Shown here: piece after piece, positions 27,088-38,468 of the stretch
How positions within the stretch are numbered: the stretch's first letter is position 1
Layout: each line of letters opens with the position of its first letter
NCBI GenBank assembly: GCA_046563655.1
Contig: CM102290.1
Span: 6,882,001 to 6,946,000, forward strand
DNA from: Yuukianura sp. NJ FZ-2021
Taxonomy: Eukaryota
Reading direction: 5' to 3'
DNA length: 64,000 bases
The notes under the pieces: model-generated
Database searches by the model: none
Told to the model about the DNA's origin: nothing
What the model saw: only the letters and a program-made list of their open reading frames with translations
Position numbers and translations under genes: made by a program

Positions 27088-27986
27088 CTCCTAAATGGGA
27101 AAATATTTCTCGGGCAAAGGATTAAAGTCGAGTTCGCAATACCGAACTTCAAATCTGCCAAATCATGTGACCAAAATTTCCGCTGGATGGTTAAGGTTGC
27201 TATAAAATCGCGTAAGGGACATCTCATTAAATATTCGATGGAAAGTCCTTAACTATTCACCTTCGGTTGTTTGTTTTGTACTAAAGATGCCGTACGTACT
27301 AAACCTGAAGTGATTAAAGTTATATGCTCGGACTTCAAAATCCAAATCAAGGATGAACGAGATTCCATCAACGTAATTTCCAACCGCGAAGGGTGGGATG
27401 TGGAAATCGTAACTGTCGACAAGTCAATCAGTGAAGATATTCTTGAGAAATTCCAAAAAAGAGGTATCTACTCTTCTGATTACTGCGTTTCAAGCGTGAA
27501 CATGTGGACGCTTAGTAGTGGATTTGGTGAGTTCTAGTTTAAAAAACCAGTCATAATCAAAGATCAAGAGGACATAATTTATTTCCATTTCGAATTGTTT
27601 ATCTAGATGGGTCTACTGTTTGCGCAAAATATTTGTTCCCACCTGAAAAAACTCTTCCGACTAACATTGAAGAATTGAACCCTCTCGTAATAATTCTTCC
27701 AACAGACGACGCAGATCGCGTGTATTAGGAAGAAATTGAGTAAACAAAAAATACGTTTTCCGTAACCATTTCCATTCACTACCCAAGAAAAAAAAACTCA
27801 TTATTTTTGTTGTTTTAAAAAAATAGGTTCATCGACAACGTCGAGTACTATGTACAACCGCGTAGCCGAGACAAGGCAGAATATAAGCTATTCATAATTG
27901 GAACTGTCAAAATTTTTGAAGAAGTAATGAACGTGATTATGCATTCTACGAAACGAAACCGGTTGCGAATTTTGGTGAACAGTTAG
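27088..27986 (+). pseudogene. Spliced pseudogene fragment beginning with an RRM C-terminal half
   Basis: LLNGKIFLGQRIKVEFA resembles the RRM alpha2-beta4 end. Phase-consistent introns at 27212-27286 and about 27740-27826; in-frame TAG stops at 27535 and 27726. Confidence 0.5.
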
Positions 27987-28297
27987 GCGAACAAATTTGC
28001 AAAAGAGTTTGCAAAAGACTTAAAAAAAAACGAAACGTACCAAGGTACCGTTTTTCCGGTATCCGGCAGTTCCAGATTCCAGAATACACCGATTCCGAAA
28101 CAGGCGTGGCTTTGGGGATTCCGTGACTTTGTTTTAGACACAACAACAACGTTAGTCAATTAGTTCATGCCTTTTGCCTTTCAGCAACCCACCCAGAACT
28201 TGACAATATGACAGGGACTAGTACCGATTAATAATAATGAGAATGAGAATCAAGTGATTTGGTAAATTGATTTTGAAATTAAAATATCAGCTGATCA

Positions 28298-29358
28298 ACT
28301 GGGAAGCGAGAACTGGGAACCGCGCACTGAGTACTGGGAAGTGGGAAGCGAGGACCAGGTACCGAGTAGTGGGAAGCGAGAACTGGGAACCGCGCACTGG
28401 GAAGTGGGAAGCGCGAGAGGGCCAGGTACTGAGTAGTGAGTATTGGGAACCGGGAATCGAGTACTGGGAACCGCGCACCGGGTACCGGGAACCGCGCAGC
28501 GGGTACTGGGAACCGCGCAGCGGGTACTGGGAACCGCGCACCGAGTACCGGGAACCGCGCACCGGGTACTGGGAACGGGGAGTCGAGTACTGGGAATCGC
28601 GCACCGAGTACTGGGAACCGGGAATCGAGTATTGGGAACCGCGCACAGAGTACTGGGAACCGGCAATCGAGTACTGGGAACCGCGCACCGGGTACCGGGA
28701 ACCGCGCAGCGGTACTGGGAACCGCGCACCGAGTACTGGGAACGGGGAGTCGAGTACTGGGAATCGCGCACCGAGTACTGGGAACCGGGAATCGAGTATT
28801 GGGAACCGCGCACCGGGTACCGGGAACCGCGCAGCGGGTACTGGGAACCGCGCACCGGGTACTGGGAACCGGGAATCGAGTAGTGGGAACCGCCCACCGG
28901 GTACTGGGAACCGGGAATCGACTAGTGGGAACCGCGCACCGAGTACTGGGAACCGCGCACCGGGTACTGGGAACCGCGCACCGAGTACTGGGAACCGCGC
29001 ACCGGGTACTGGGAACCGCGCACCGAGTACTGGGAACCGCGCACCGAGTACTGGGAACCGGGAATCGAGTACTGGGAATCGCGCACCGAGTACTGGGAAC
29101 CGGGAATCGAGTATTAGGAACCGCGCTCCGGGTACCGGGAACCGCGCAGCGGGTACTGGGAACCGCGCACCGGGTACTGGGAACCGCGCACCGGGTACTG
29201 GGAACCGGGAATCGAGTAGTGGGAACCGCGCACCGGGTACTGGGAACCGGGAATCGAGTAGTGGGAACCGCGCACCGAGTACTGGGAACCGCGCACCGGG
29301 TACTGGGAACCGCGCACCGGGTACTGGGAACCGCGCACCGAGTACTGGGAACCGCGCA
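28298..29358 (-). repeat. GC-rich 21-bp minisatellite array (right arm, inverted relative to the left)
   Basis: Units TGGGAACCGCGCACCGAGTAC and TGGGAACCGGGAATCGAGTAC; roughly twice as many copies as the left arm. Confidence 0.95.
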
Positions 29359-31368
29359 GTTAAACTCCAATGTATTGCTTATGGAGGAGGTAATCGGGAA
29401 GCGAGTTGGCACTTTTACGCTTCCGTAGATTTGAGTGCTTCTCTTGAATCATACTTTAATTTTTTTAAAACTGAATTTTTTCTTAGAAAAAGCATGGATG
29501 ATTAAATTCGACTACAAGCTCTCTAATCACAAATTCTTCCTGCAGCTAAATCAGTTTAGTAGCAAGAGAACACCATTCCCACTGGGAATTTCCCAGTTGA
29601 AGATGCTCCTCCGAAATTCTGAACGAATTTGTTGTTATATTATTTCGTTGTTTTATTTTTAATTTTCAGTACTAAAATGAAATTGGTTTCGAAGGAACAA
29701 TGAAACTCATCTCATGTTGGTCATCCGGAGCCACAATATTAGACAATAATGTTCGAATATAGAAAGGTTTGCCTCTGCAGGGGTCCGTATGAGAAAACAG
29801 GATGAACAAAATTGAAAATTATACTGCTTCCATCGAAATATGCTACCTAAAACTCGATTTGAACAGCAACTTATTGTACATTTTCAGTGTTAGGATATCG
29901 TATTTGGAGCCGTTAAGCATCCGAAGCCAACTCTACAGTTTCTTCACTCACAGGAATGACATTGGGCAAATGTATTATTCAAGTGAAATTGTTTCTTGTC
30001 ATAAACTTTGTATGGTTGCTTTGATTTAACAACAAAATTATTTTCTGGTAAAGTTTAATGAACATTTACATTTCAGTAGCGATGCTTGCAGAACTACAAA
30101 TTGAGTAACATTTGGGAATCCAATATTTAAGTGGAAACCGAGAAAGCGATTGGGCAAAGTATCCATTTTCCACATCTCCATTTACTCATTAAGGGAGAAA
30201 GGACGCTAGACCTAATAATATTTTAACAATACCAGGAGCTTGATCCAGTGCCCTTCCAGAACCTTCGCTTAGGATACCTCACGTGACCAAGGTTCAAATT
30301 TCATAATGTCAATATGCGGAAATATGCAAACAGTATAGGACAAATATAGAAAATTATCAAAATGTTTCATAATTTTTCAGGAACAAAAAACGGCTAAACC
30401 ATATTCGGTCCCAAGATTGTATTCAATGACGCCCTTGAAAGATTTCCATGTTGCCAACAGGTTAACTAATGACTTCATTATGAAATACTATGATCCCTTT
30501 TTTAACATTGATAGTGCAATTGCCTGTGTGAGGTCAAATATCATTTTTTATTGTTGCAGAAATGGAAGTTTTCAAAATCCGTGTTTTGAACCTAAAGGTA
30601 TATGTCAATAGATGTGACGATGGAATTTTGAATCACAATTTGTGATGAAGAGATTGAGATTGCATAATACCGGAAGAATTTGGATTACTGTAACCGAGTC
30701 GAGTTGTGCGTCTGAATTTTTTAAAAGAAAAAAAAAAAACAACATTTTTTGGGAAGTTGCGTGTAAGGGAACAGAAAGCTCTAGTTTGTTGAAACCCATG
30801 GATAACAGTTGTGTGTTTGTTAATGTTAATGATGAGTATGGAAGACAGCGAAAGATCAGATTACATAATAAAATCCTATAAAAAAAAATGAACGGAAATC
30901 AATTCGAGATTCACACATTTCTCTCTTCATCCACATATTCATATTCCGCTTTCTCTGTACAAATAAAAAAATTCGAATAACCCGACACAAAAAAGGCAAT
31001 ACTCTCTGTTATGTCAAACTGACTATGCGAGCTTTCAATTTGACACCAAAAAATCCTGTGTCAACGGACGAACCTATACTTCGGATTCTTAAGATTTTCT
31101 TAGAGGAAACTTTAACGGGGTTAGCTAGGAATTCGATAAAACGGTTTGAACGTTTGGAACGTAAGAATCAGCAATGCTAAATAAGATTTTTATGTTTTAA
31201 ATAAGAAAGAATCCTTACAATGAATTCCGGCACTTCTCCAACATTTTGCAAAGAACTCAAGCAATTTCCCAACATTTAAGAGTGTGAATGTTAAGAATTT
31301 TCTTTCTGTTTTCAAAATAAAAAGTAGGAAAATATGAAAGGTTTTGCCCAGTATTCACTTTTTCAGCC

Positions 31369-31551
31369 GGTTCAATGTAATTTGGCCACAAAGTGAAATG
31401 ACCAAAATTGAAAAGACCAGAAAAAAAAAGGCCAAAAAGAAAAATAGGTACAAATCAGGTAGCCTAAACCTAAGGTCTTTTGAATTCTAGCCTTTTCAGT
31501 TTTGGTCATTTCAATTTGGGTCAAATTTTTTGGACCATTTCATCGGCTACG
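31369..31551. mobile_element. Short palindromic MITE with asymmetric ends (MULE-like)
   Basis: Flanked by (T/A)TTTCAGCC direct repeats, with GACCAAA/TTTGGTC inverted arms and a central AAACCTAA. Confidence 0.6.
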
Positions 31552-32637
31552 ATTTCAGCCTTGTTTATTTTCAGTTTCGTGAATTCTAAATTTACAAAAG
31601 TCAATACATATCTGTGTGTTTTAATTTAATTTTCATTTGGTAATGTTGATTTTTTTTTTTTTTGCGCTGAACCTTTTTTTAGAAGTCAATCTTTTTAAAA
31701 ATCGGCATTTTTAGGAAGAATTACAAAACTGTAAAAGAACGATTTTTGAGATTTTTGGAAAGAATGAATCCGATCTGCACTTATGATAAATTCCTGAACT
31801 GCTCAAGAATGACTTGTTAATAAGAATGAAACTTTGAATTAAAAAGATAAGTCTCATTGTTCGAAATTTAAATCAAAAAATCTTGGTCTGAACCATGCAA
31901 ATTCTATTTTCATTAGCAACAATGAGTTTCCACTTATCGTTAGCGTTTCATTACGACCAAACGGGAAACTAAATTGTTTTTGTTACTATTTCGTGAATAC
32001 GGAACTGTCTCGAAATTTTAGAATTGTTTAACCTTTTGGAAGTTGAATGTCCCCCTTCCGGAACTTTCTCCTTTCTCCCTCATGGGCAGAACCATCCATC
32101 AGCAGAAATGCGCCAATCGTCTCGCGTGTCTCACTAGCTTATATAACCATCGAAACACCGAAGACGTTTTGTCAGTCCAACATCCTTACTTGCGACAGGC
32201 ACCAAACGTTGTTAGAGGTATGTCTAAACGTTTAGGTCACTAGTTCAACTTCACGTAGGGTGTGGTGGACAAGGTCTCGTAGAACTAACTAAGAGCTGAA
32301 AACAGTCCCTGTCAGACGTAACCCCCTCACACACCAATAAAAGTAAGATTCAAATATAGTGCTCCCAATAACGTCAGGTAGGTCATCGCAAATTACTAAA
32401 CCATAAAATTTAGAATTAGAAAAATTACGTGAAACATGGCTAGAGACTGCGAAACTTGAGATCACCCGACGCTAAAACTGATTCTAAAACCGGACGAGGT
32501 CGTGAAGTTCGCTAAAACAGTGGCCCCCCACAAGCCACAAAGTTCATCTTTCAGCTTCTTAATCATGTTAACCAAAGCTACACTTAACCTTTAAAACTCG
32601 AACTAGCAATTAACGACTTGCAGATGTATTTTAAGAT

Positions 32638-35600
32638 ATGAAACATACAAATACTGACGCCGCGCAACCCCGCATCCACCGTGACGCGACCTTTGGCCTC
32701 CTAAACACCACTACCGGACCGCGACTGCTGGACTCGTCACATGTCCCTGGAAGCTCCAACGTAGTGGATAGTTTAGCTCCTCCTTCGGATCCTCGGCAAC
32801 ACGGTTTACAAGGATTCCAGACGCTTCCGTCTCTGCAAGATACGTTTGGAGTGGCAAGGTACCAAGTTTATCAATCCATTACTAACCTGCAAAAATCTTA
32901 AATTAATTAAACTCGCGTGAGTCTGCATGTTGATGAAGAAAAAATCAAAATTTACCTTGAGTCGAGTGTGGGATAATTCAAAACTTGTTGGTAAACAAAA
33001 TCAACTCCGCATTCTTACTTGACTAATGAACTTCGATGATGGTTCCCCTGAATTCAGTATTGTTTAAGTTCCAATTTGGATTCCAACGTTAACGAGTCTT
33101 CCAATTTGCGAGATGCCTTAGTAATTAGCACTTCCAGAGAAAGTCGTTTATTTCATAAATAGAACTTTCGGCTCAATTACTAACGTCAAAGCTACCAACT
33201 GAAAACAGCGGACAAAGGTCGTTTCTGAACTAAATTCTAACCCAAGAAGTTCTTAAAAGCGGCATAAGTAATTCTTCATTTCAATCTAACTTCTTATAAG
33301 TAAGAGGTTCCACGAAACCTAGCAAAAAGATCCTACTTACGCGTAGCGCATTGAAACAATGTTGTGTAATTAATTGCATAATTCTTCCACTTGATGTTGT
33401 GGCATTGAGTTCCGTTGAAGTGGGAAAGTGTTTGTTTTATTGTAAATGAACTTTCCCCTGGACTTATTCACCCGTAAGTGTTCTCTGGAACAACTTAAGG
33501 AGTATTATTTCTATCATAGCGTTGAAGTAGTACTTGATTAATTGTGTAAAACACGTTTTACTTCATACTATCAGTTGTCCATAAGGAAATAAAGACAGAA
33601 CAAACTACTAATAAATTGTTCATATGGAAAGTTCTGGAGAGGTTTGTGCTTTCACTTGTTGCTTTTCCTGTAGCCGCCTCCAACATTATCTGTACAAAGG
33701 TTAGCTTCAGCTCAGACCTTTGTTTACAAAATTCAACTCATCCCTCCCGCGGAAATTCAAAATTTTATTCAACCATTTTCACCAAACCCGAAACATCATT
33801 TAATCCTTATTGACTAACTTCAAAATTTTAAAATTCATACAAAATTGAATGTATGGACTAAGCGTAAAGAAAAGGAATGATCTTTCTGAAAAAAAAATAT
33901 CTGAAAAGGACAAGTGGAGAATCAGAATGCAAAAATGACCAAAAAATTTATATATATACGAACTTTCACTTAAAGAATTTTCCAGCAGATTAAAGAATTT
34001 TCCAGCTCAGTTCATCTTACCTTGTGGATACTAAGACATTTCAGCATCTAAACTAAAATGTTAGTTCTTTGAAGTTATCGAGAGAATGATTTTGTGCTTT
34101 AATTTTAGAAACTCGAACTATGACCTTTTGCCCATGTCCAGCACATCCGCTTTCCAATACTCAGATTCACAATCACCGTATCATCCCCACGACATTCAAC
34201 GACAATTAAGTGCTACCTCTAGTCATGCAAAGTTCGACTCCTACTGCTCAAAACGGGAAACCCAGTTTGGATCTCCCCATTCGACCTTTGACCCAACCAC
34301 TTTCTACCAACAGCAACGTATTGACAGACAGTCCTCGCCCGGAACAGCCAGTCAACATAGTTACAGCAGTGGCGAAAACAGCGGACGCCCTGGACCTGCT
34401 GCAGCGCAGCATGAGGTCAAGAGGTCACGTCGAGAGACAATGACCTACCCCCAACACCATTCTGGCACAAAAAAGTCATGTTCTATGTCACCGTAAGTCA
34501 TTTTGTAACTTTAGTTAATTAAGCAAAGAAATGTCAGAATTTGGTGGACTTTGGGAAGGTGTGGATTACGACAATAACGTAATAGGTTCAAGTTTCCGTT
34601 TCAGTCCTTTCCTGATTGTTGGCTGTTGTATCCCGTTCCCAATTATTTTCTTTTGGCATGTCACCATCTTCCAGATCAAATTTGCATGCAAAAGTCTTTA
34701 CATTCCTACAACTTTTTAGAAATTAAAATCTTTTGGGTCTTGTGATTCCAATTCTGAATTCAAACTAATCAGCTAGTATAATAATGATGTCCAAATCTAT
34801 TCAGTTTTTCTCCTTATTTTTCTTTGTAAGTTTTTGACTGAAATCAATTAACTACTAATAACCCAAATTAGAACAAAATTATGTTGTGTCACTTTTACTC
34901 TGATGAAGCATCAAGTCAGTTTTACGATTTATACTCTTAAGTGTGTTTTCTAATGTTTTTAGCATCTCAACCAGGCGAGTGTTACATAATACAATTTGAA
35001 ACTGATGTAAACCATAATGCAGTACTCACAGCCAGTTCACTTGTGCTCTGTCAATCTTCTGCTTCATCTGAAATTGAATCATTCAAACTTTCCTCCCGCC
35101 CACTACTACCTTAATTTTGATTTTTTTTTTTGCCAATATGAGGGTGAATGTATTGAAACGAGTTCCTGGAACTAGAATCTGTATATGTAGCAGCACATCT
35201 CTCACTTGGAAATCCAATTAGTCTTGTTCACTTGTAGGTGTAAACGGAAACGTCCGTCGAAATGTAAAGTATTTTGTAGAAAGAAAAATAAGGCATGCTT
35301 TTTTTTTATTAGCATTGAAATGCCCCAAATTTTCGTTCACCACTAGGCTCAGTTTCCAACGCGCCTGCACATTCTTTTTTAGCGCGACAATTTCGAAAAG
35401 CGATCGGCATTTCAAAGTTTTATTTCTGGTTATTTTGCATGCTGGAATAACTTTAGAGCTGACGACAAAGAAGATTCAAGGACAACATGCAGCTCAAGGT
35501 GCACCGGAACCCCGCCCGCCGAATCTGCAAAAAAGTTGGCTGTTAAAATGAAAATTTTTACAACTTTAAATCGAGCGTCAGAATTTTTTATACGATTTCC

Positions 35601-38013
35601 ATTTTAACCGTAGGCAAAACCATAGTGAAATTGAGAAGCGACGACGGGACAAAATGAATACCTATATCACGGAACTGTCTCGCATGGTTCCTGTATGTGG
35701 TGGAAGTTCCAGAAAGTTAGACAAGTTGACCGTTTTGCGCATGGCAGTCGAACACATGAGAAACATCCGCGGAGCGGAGTCTCAATGTTACTCGGAAAAG
35801 CTGTACAAACCTGCGTTCTTGTCTGATACAGAAGTCAACCAGCTTCTGTCGCAGGTCACAAACTATCCCAAGTCAAATTAAAAACTTCAACCAATCAGAA
35901 TCATTTAATGCTTTTCGTTCTTTTCCAGGCCGCTGACGGGTTTCTGTTTGTAGTAGGTTGTGATCGTGGTAGACTTCTGTATGTGTCTGAATCCGTTTCA
36001 CAAGTACTCAACTTCCACCAGTCAGAACTATTGGGACAGTCATGGTTTGACATTCTGCATCCCAAGGACGTTGCAAAGGTCAAAGAGCAACTCAACGACC
36101 TTGCGCCCAGAGGAGAAAGGCTATTGGTTGACATTCGAAGTATGCATAACCACATTCTCTGAAGTATAGATCACATAAATTACAGAAAACTTAGCCTATT
36201 GAATATTGTTCGTTGCAGCAATGTTACCTGTCAGGGGAAATCATAGACAACATCATTGGGGCAGTCGACTTTGTCCGGGAGCTCGCAGAGCTTTCTTCTG
36301 CCGCATGAAATGCAAGCCACGCATTGACGTGAAACAGGAAGCTGGAGAGGTCGTTGACCCCCACACAACGGAAACGAATCATTACGACTGTTTCTCATCT
36401 GAAAGTACTGCGGAGAATTCGCAAGGTTTATATAACATTAGACTAACATTTCCTAACATTGCAGATTACTGTTTTTTAAATTGAATTACTTAAACGTGAT
36501 GTAACAGACAAAAAGTACAGTATAGTTTACTGCACTGGGTACATGAAACCGTGGCCTAGGTCAGAGAAGGAAGCGTCGGAAGGGGACAAAATGGAGGAAC
36601 AGGACACAGGGAACCTGTCATGTCTCATCGCAGTAGGCCGAATACTTCCGTCTCTACGCTACACTACGGCAACATCCACAGCCAGAGCACCAATCACGTT
36701 CAGCTCACGACATGCCGCCGACGGAAGATTTGTTTTTGTGGACCACAGGTACGTCTATACCTACGTTCGCCCTGCTAGAGGCAAGGAAATCCCAACGTCA
36801 TTCCAAAATTCAACAGTCGCTTTTACATTCGAATGTGAATTGGATAACGTGACCAAAAGATGGCGACCGGTTTGAAATGTGTTTAAATGCGTTGGTTTGA
36901 GTGTAGGGCTACCCTGATCCATGGATATTTACCACAAGAACTAATTGGAAGTTCCATGTACGGTTTCTACCATGCAGAAGACGTTGCACAACTGGCTCAA
37001 GTACACAAGTCGGTGCTATCTTCCAATTCAAGTGAACCAGTATTGACTACGCCCATGTATCGCTTCCGCACTGCTGACTCTTCCTTCATAGTTCTGCAGT
37101 CACAATGGTCTATATTTCGGAATCCCTTTACGCGGGACATCGAATGTCTCCTTGCTACCAACACTCTCATCGCGTTAGTCTTAAAAGAAATTTCCACAGC
37201 TTTGTTTTACTCGAAATCAGCGCCGATTGTTTATATTCTAGGTCAGATGATTCCAGTTTCTCGGAGTTGCAAGAAACAACAACTTTGTCAAAAAATGTTG
37301 ACCACTACGGGGAACCTGAGCGAATCTGTTCCTACCTCGATGGCCTAAGCAAAGACATTATTCAGGGCACGTCAAGTCCATGTGAACCAGCGACGTCGTC
37401 CACTGTAGCGCAGGAGCGAACTGCTGAAGACGAGCAGTCGCGAATTTTCTTTTCGACGGATCCAAGGAATGTCGCTGGTGAAGACGTTTTAAATGTAATG
37501 GGGACTTCTCTGATGGCAAATTTTGTTTCAGAATTTGAATCGACGTCGGCCAGCTCCCCTAACCCAACAGAGATTAATTTTCCTAACTTGGCCTCACCAG
37601 TGACTTCTGCTGGACAGTATAAATCTCCTTACACTTCAGTAGAAATTCAAAGTCTGGATGCTCCTAGACGCCCGAGTCCGTCTTCTGTTGGCATTCCATC
37701 TAGTTTGGCTGCCCTACTCAACAGCTCCGGTAAAAGTCTGGACTAAAAACATAGTCGTTGTAGTTATGAATTAATTGATACTATCGTGAGTAGTTTACTT
37801 ACTTAATTAATATTGGACTTCTTTGCAGAGGATGAAATGTCGTACCTGATGGACTGCACTGAAGGTGGGCTTGGAAGTGCTGTTCCGCAAGCATCCGTTG
37901 GTGGATCCACGCTTCAAGGAAATGAAGACACGGCCATGTCAATAATCCTGAGTCTTCTGGAGGGGAATCCAACGACCCCAGAACCTTCGGATATGTCATG
38001 GTCCTTGCCCTGA
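32638..38013 (+). CDS. cyc: bHLH-PAS circadian transcription factor CYCLE/BMAL1 with C-terminal transactivation region
   Basis: [120 protein letters not shown]-terminus [14 protein letters not shown]. The 5' exons 32638-32858, 34109-34492 and 35457-35498 are phase-consistent. Confidence 0.93.
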
Positions 38014-38185
38014 AGTAAGAATTCTGGTCAAAGTGGGGTCACAACAATATTAACATCTATTACACAAGAATGCGATTTAACTCAAACAAGATAAGAATTA
38101 TAAAAATGGTACAACTTCAATCGACAATATTTTTACCATTCCGTTGTATTAATTGTCATTAAAATTTAATAGGCTGGATTTCATA

Positions 38186-38419
38186 GGGAGCACGCCATTG
38201 GTTCAAATGCGAATTGGTTCCAAAAAATAATTGGTTCTAAACACTAGTTGTTTAGGGTATAAGGCTTAAATTAGGTTAGGTTAGGTAAGTTTAGGGTTAG
38301 TTTACTTATTTTAGATTAGGTTAGGTTAGGTTTAGGTATCAAAATTAGGTTTTAGAAGCAATTATTTTTAGAACCAATTCGTATTTGAACCAATTCATTT
38401 GAACCAATGGCATGGAACC
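38186..38419. mobile_element. Palindromic MITE with AATTGGTTC arms and a (TTAGG)n centre
   Basis: Ends GGGAGCACGCCATT / AATGGCATGGAACC, near-TSD ATTTCATA/ATTTCACA, and central TTAGGTTAGG runs. Confidence 0.75.
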
Positions 38420-38468
38420 ATTTCACATTGAGTAATTTAGATCTTTATTTCAGAACTGAATACATCTT

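Larger units (their letters stand above)
24246..29427. mobile_element. Foldback-type non-autonomous DNA transposon with TACGG..CCGTA termini (IS3EU-like) and minisatellite arms, carrying gene fragments
   Basis: Left end TACGGAAGCTTAAAAGGGCCAAATCACTTCCC versus reverse complement of the right end TACGGAAGCGTAAAAGTGCCAACTCGCTTCCC. The inverted arms (about 24246-24887 and 28255-29427) share the same inner boundary sequence. Confidence 0.8.

Noticed and set aside
24272..29358. Possible CRISPR-like array
   Set aside because: The units are contiguous tandem repeats with no unique spacers, there are no cas genes, and the context is eukaryotic.
24182..29505. Long ORFs (up to 412 aa) with 7-residue periodicity in all six frames
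   Set aside because: They are translations of a stop-poor 21-bp minisatellite and show no gene structure.
38270..38350. Interstitial telomere or chromosome-fusion site from TTAGG repeats
   Set aside because: Short, degenerate and confined to the centre of a MITE with TSD-like flanks.
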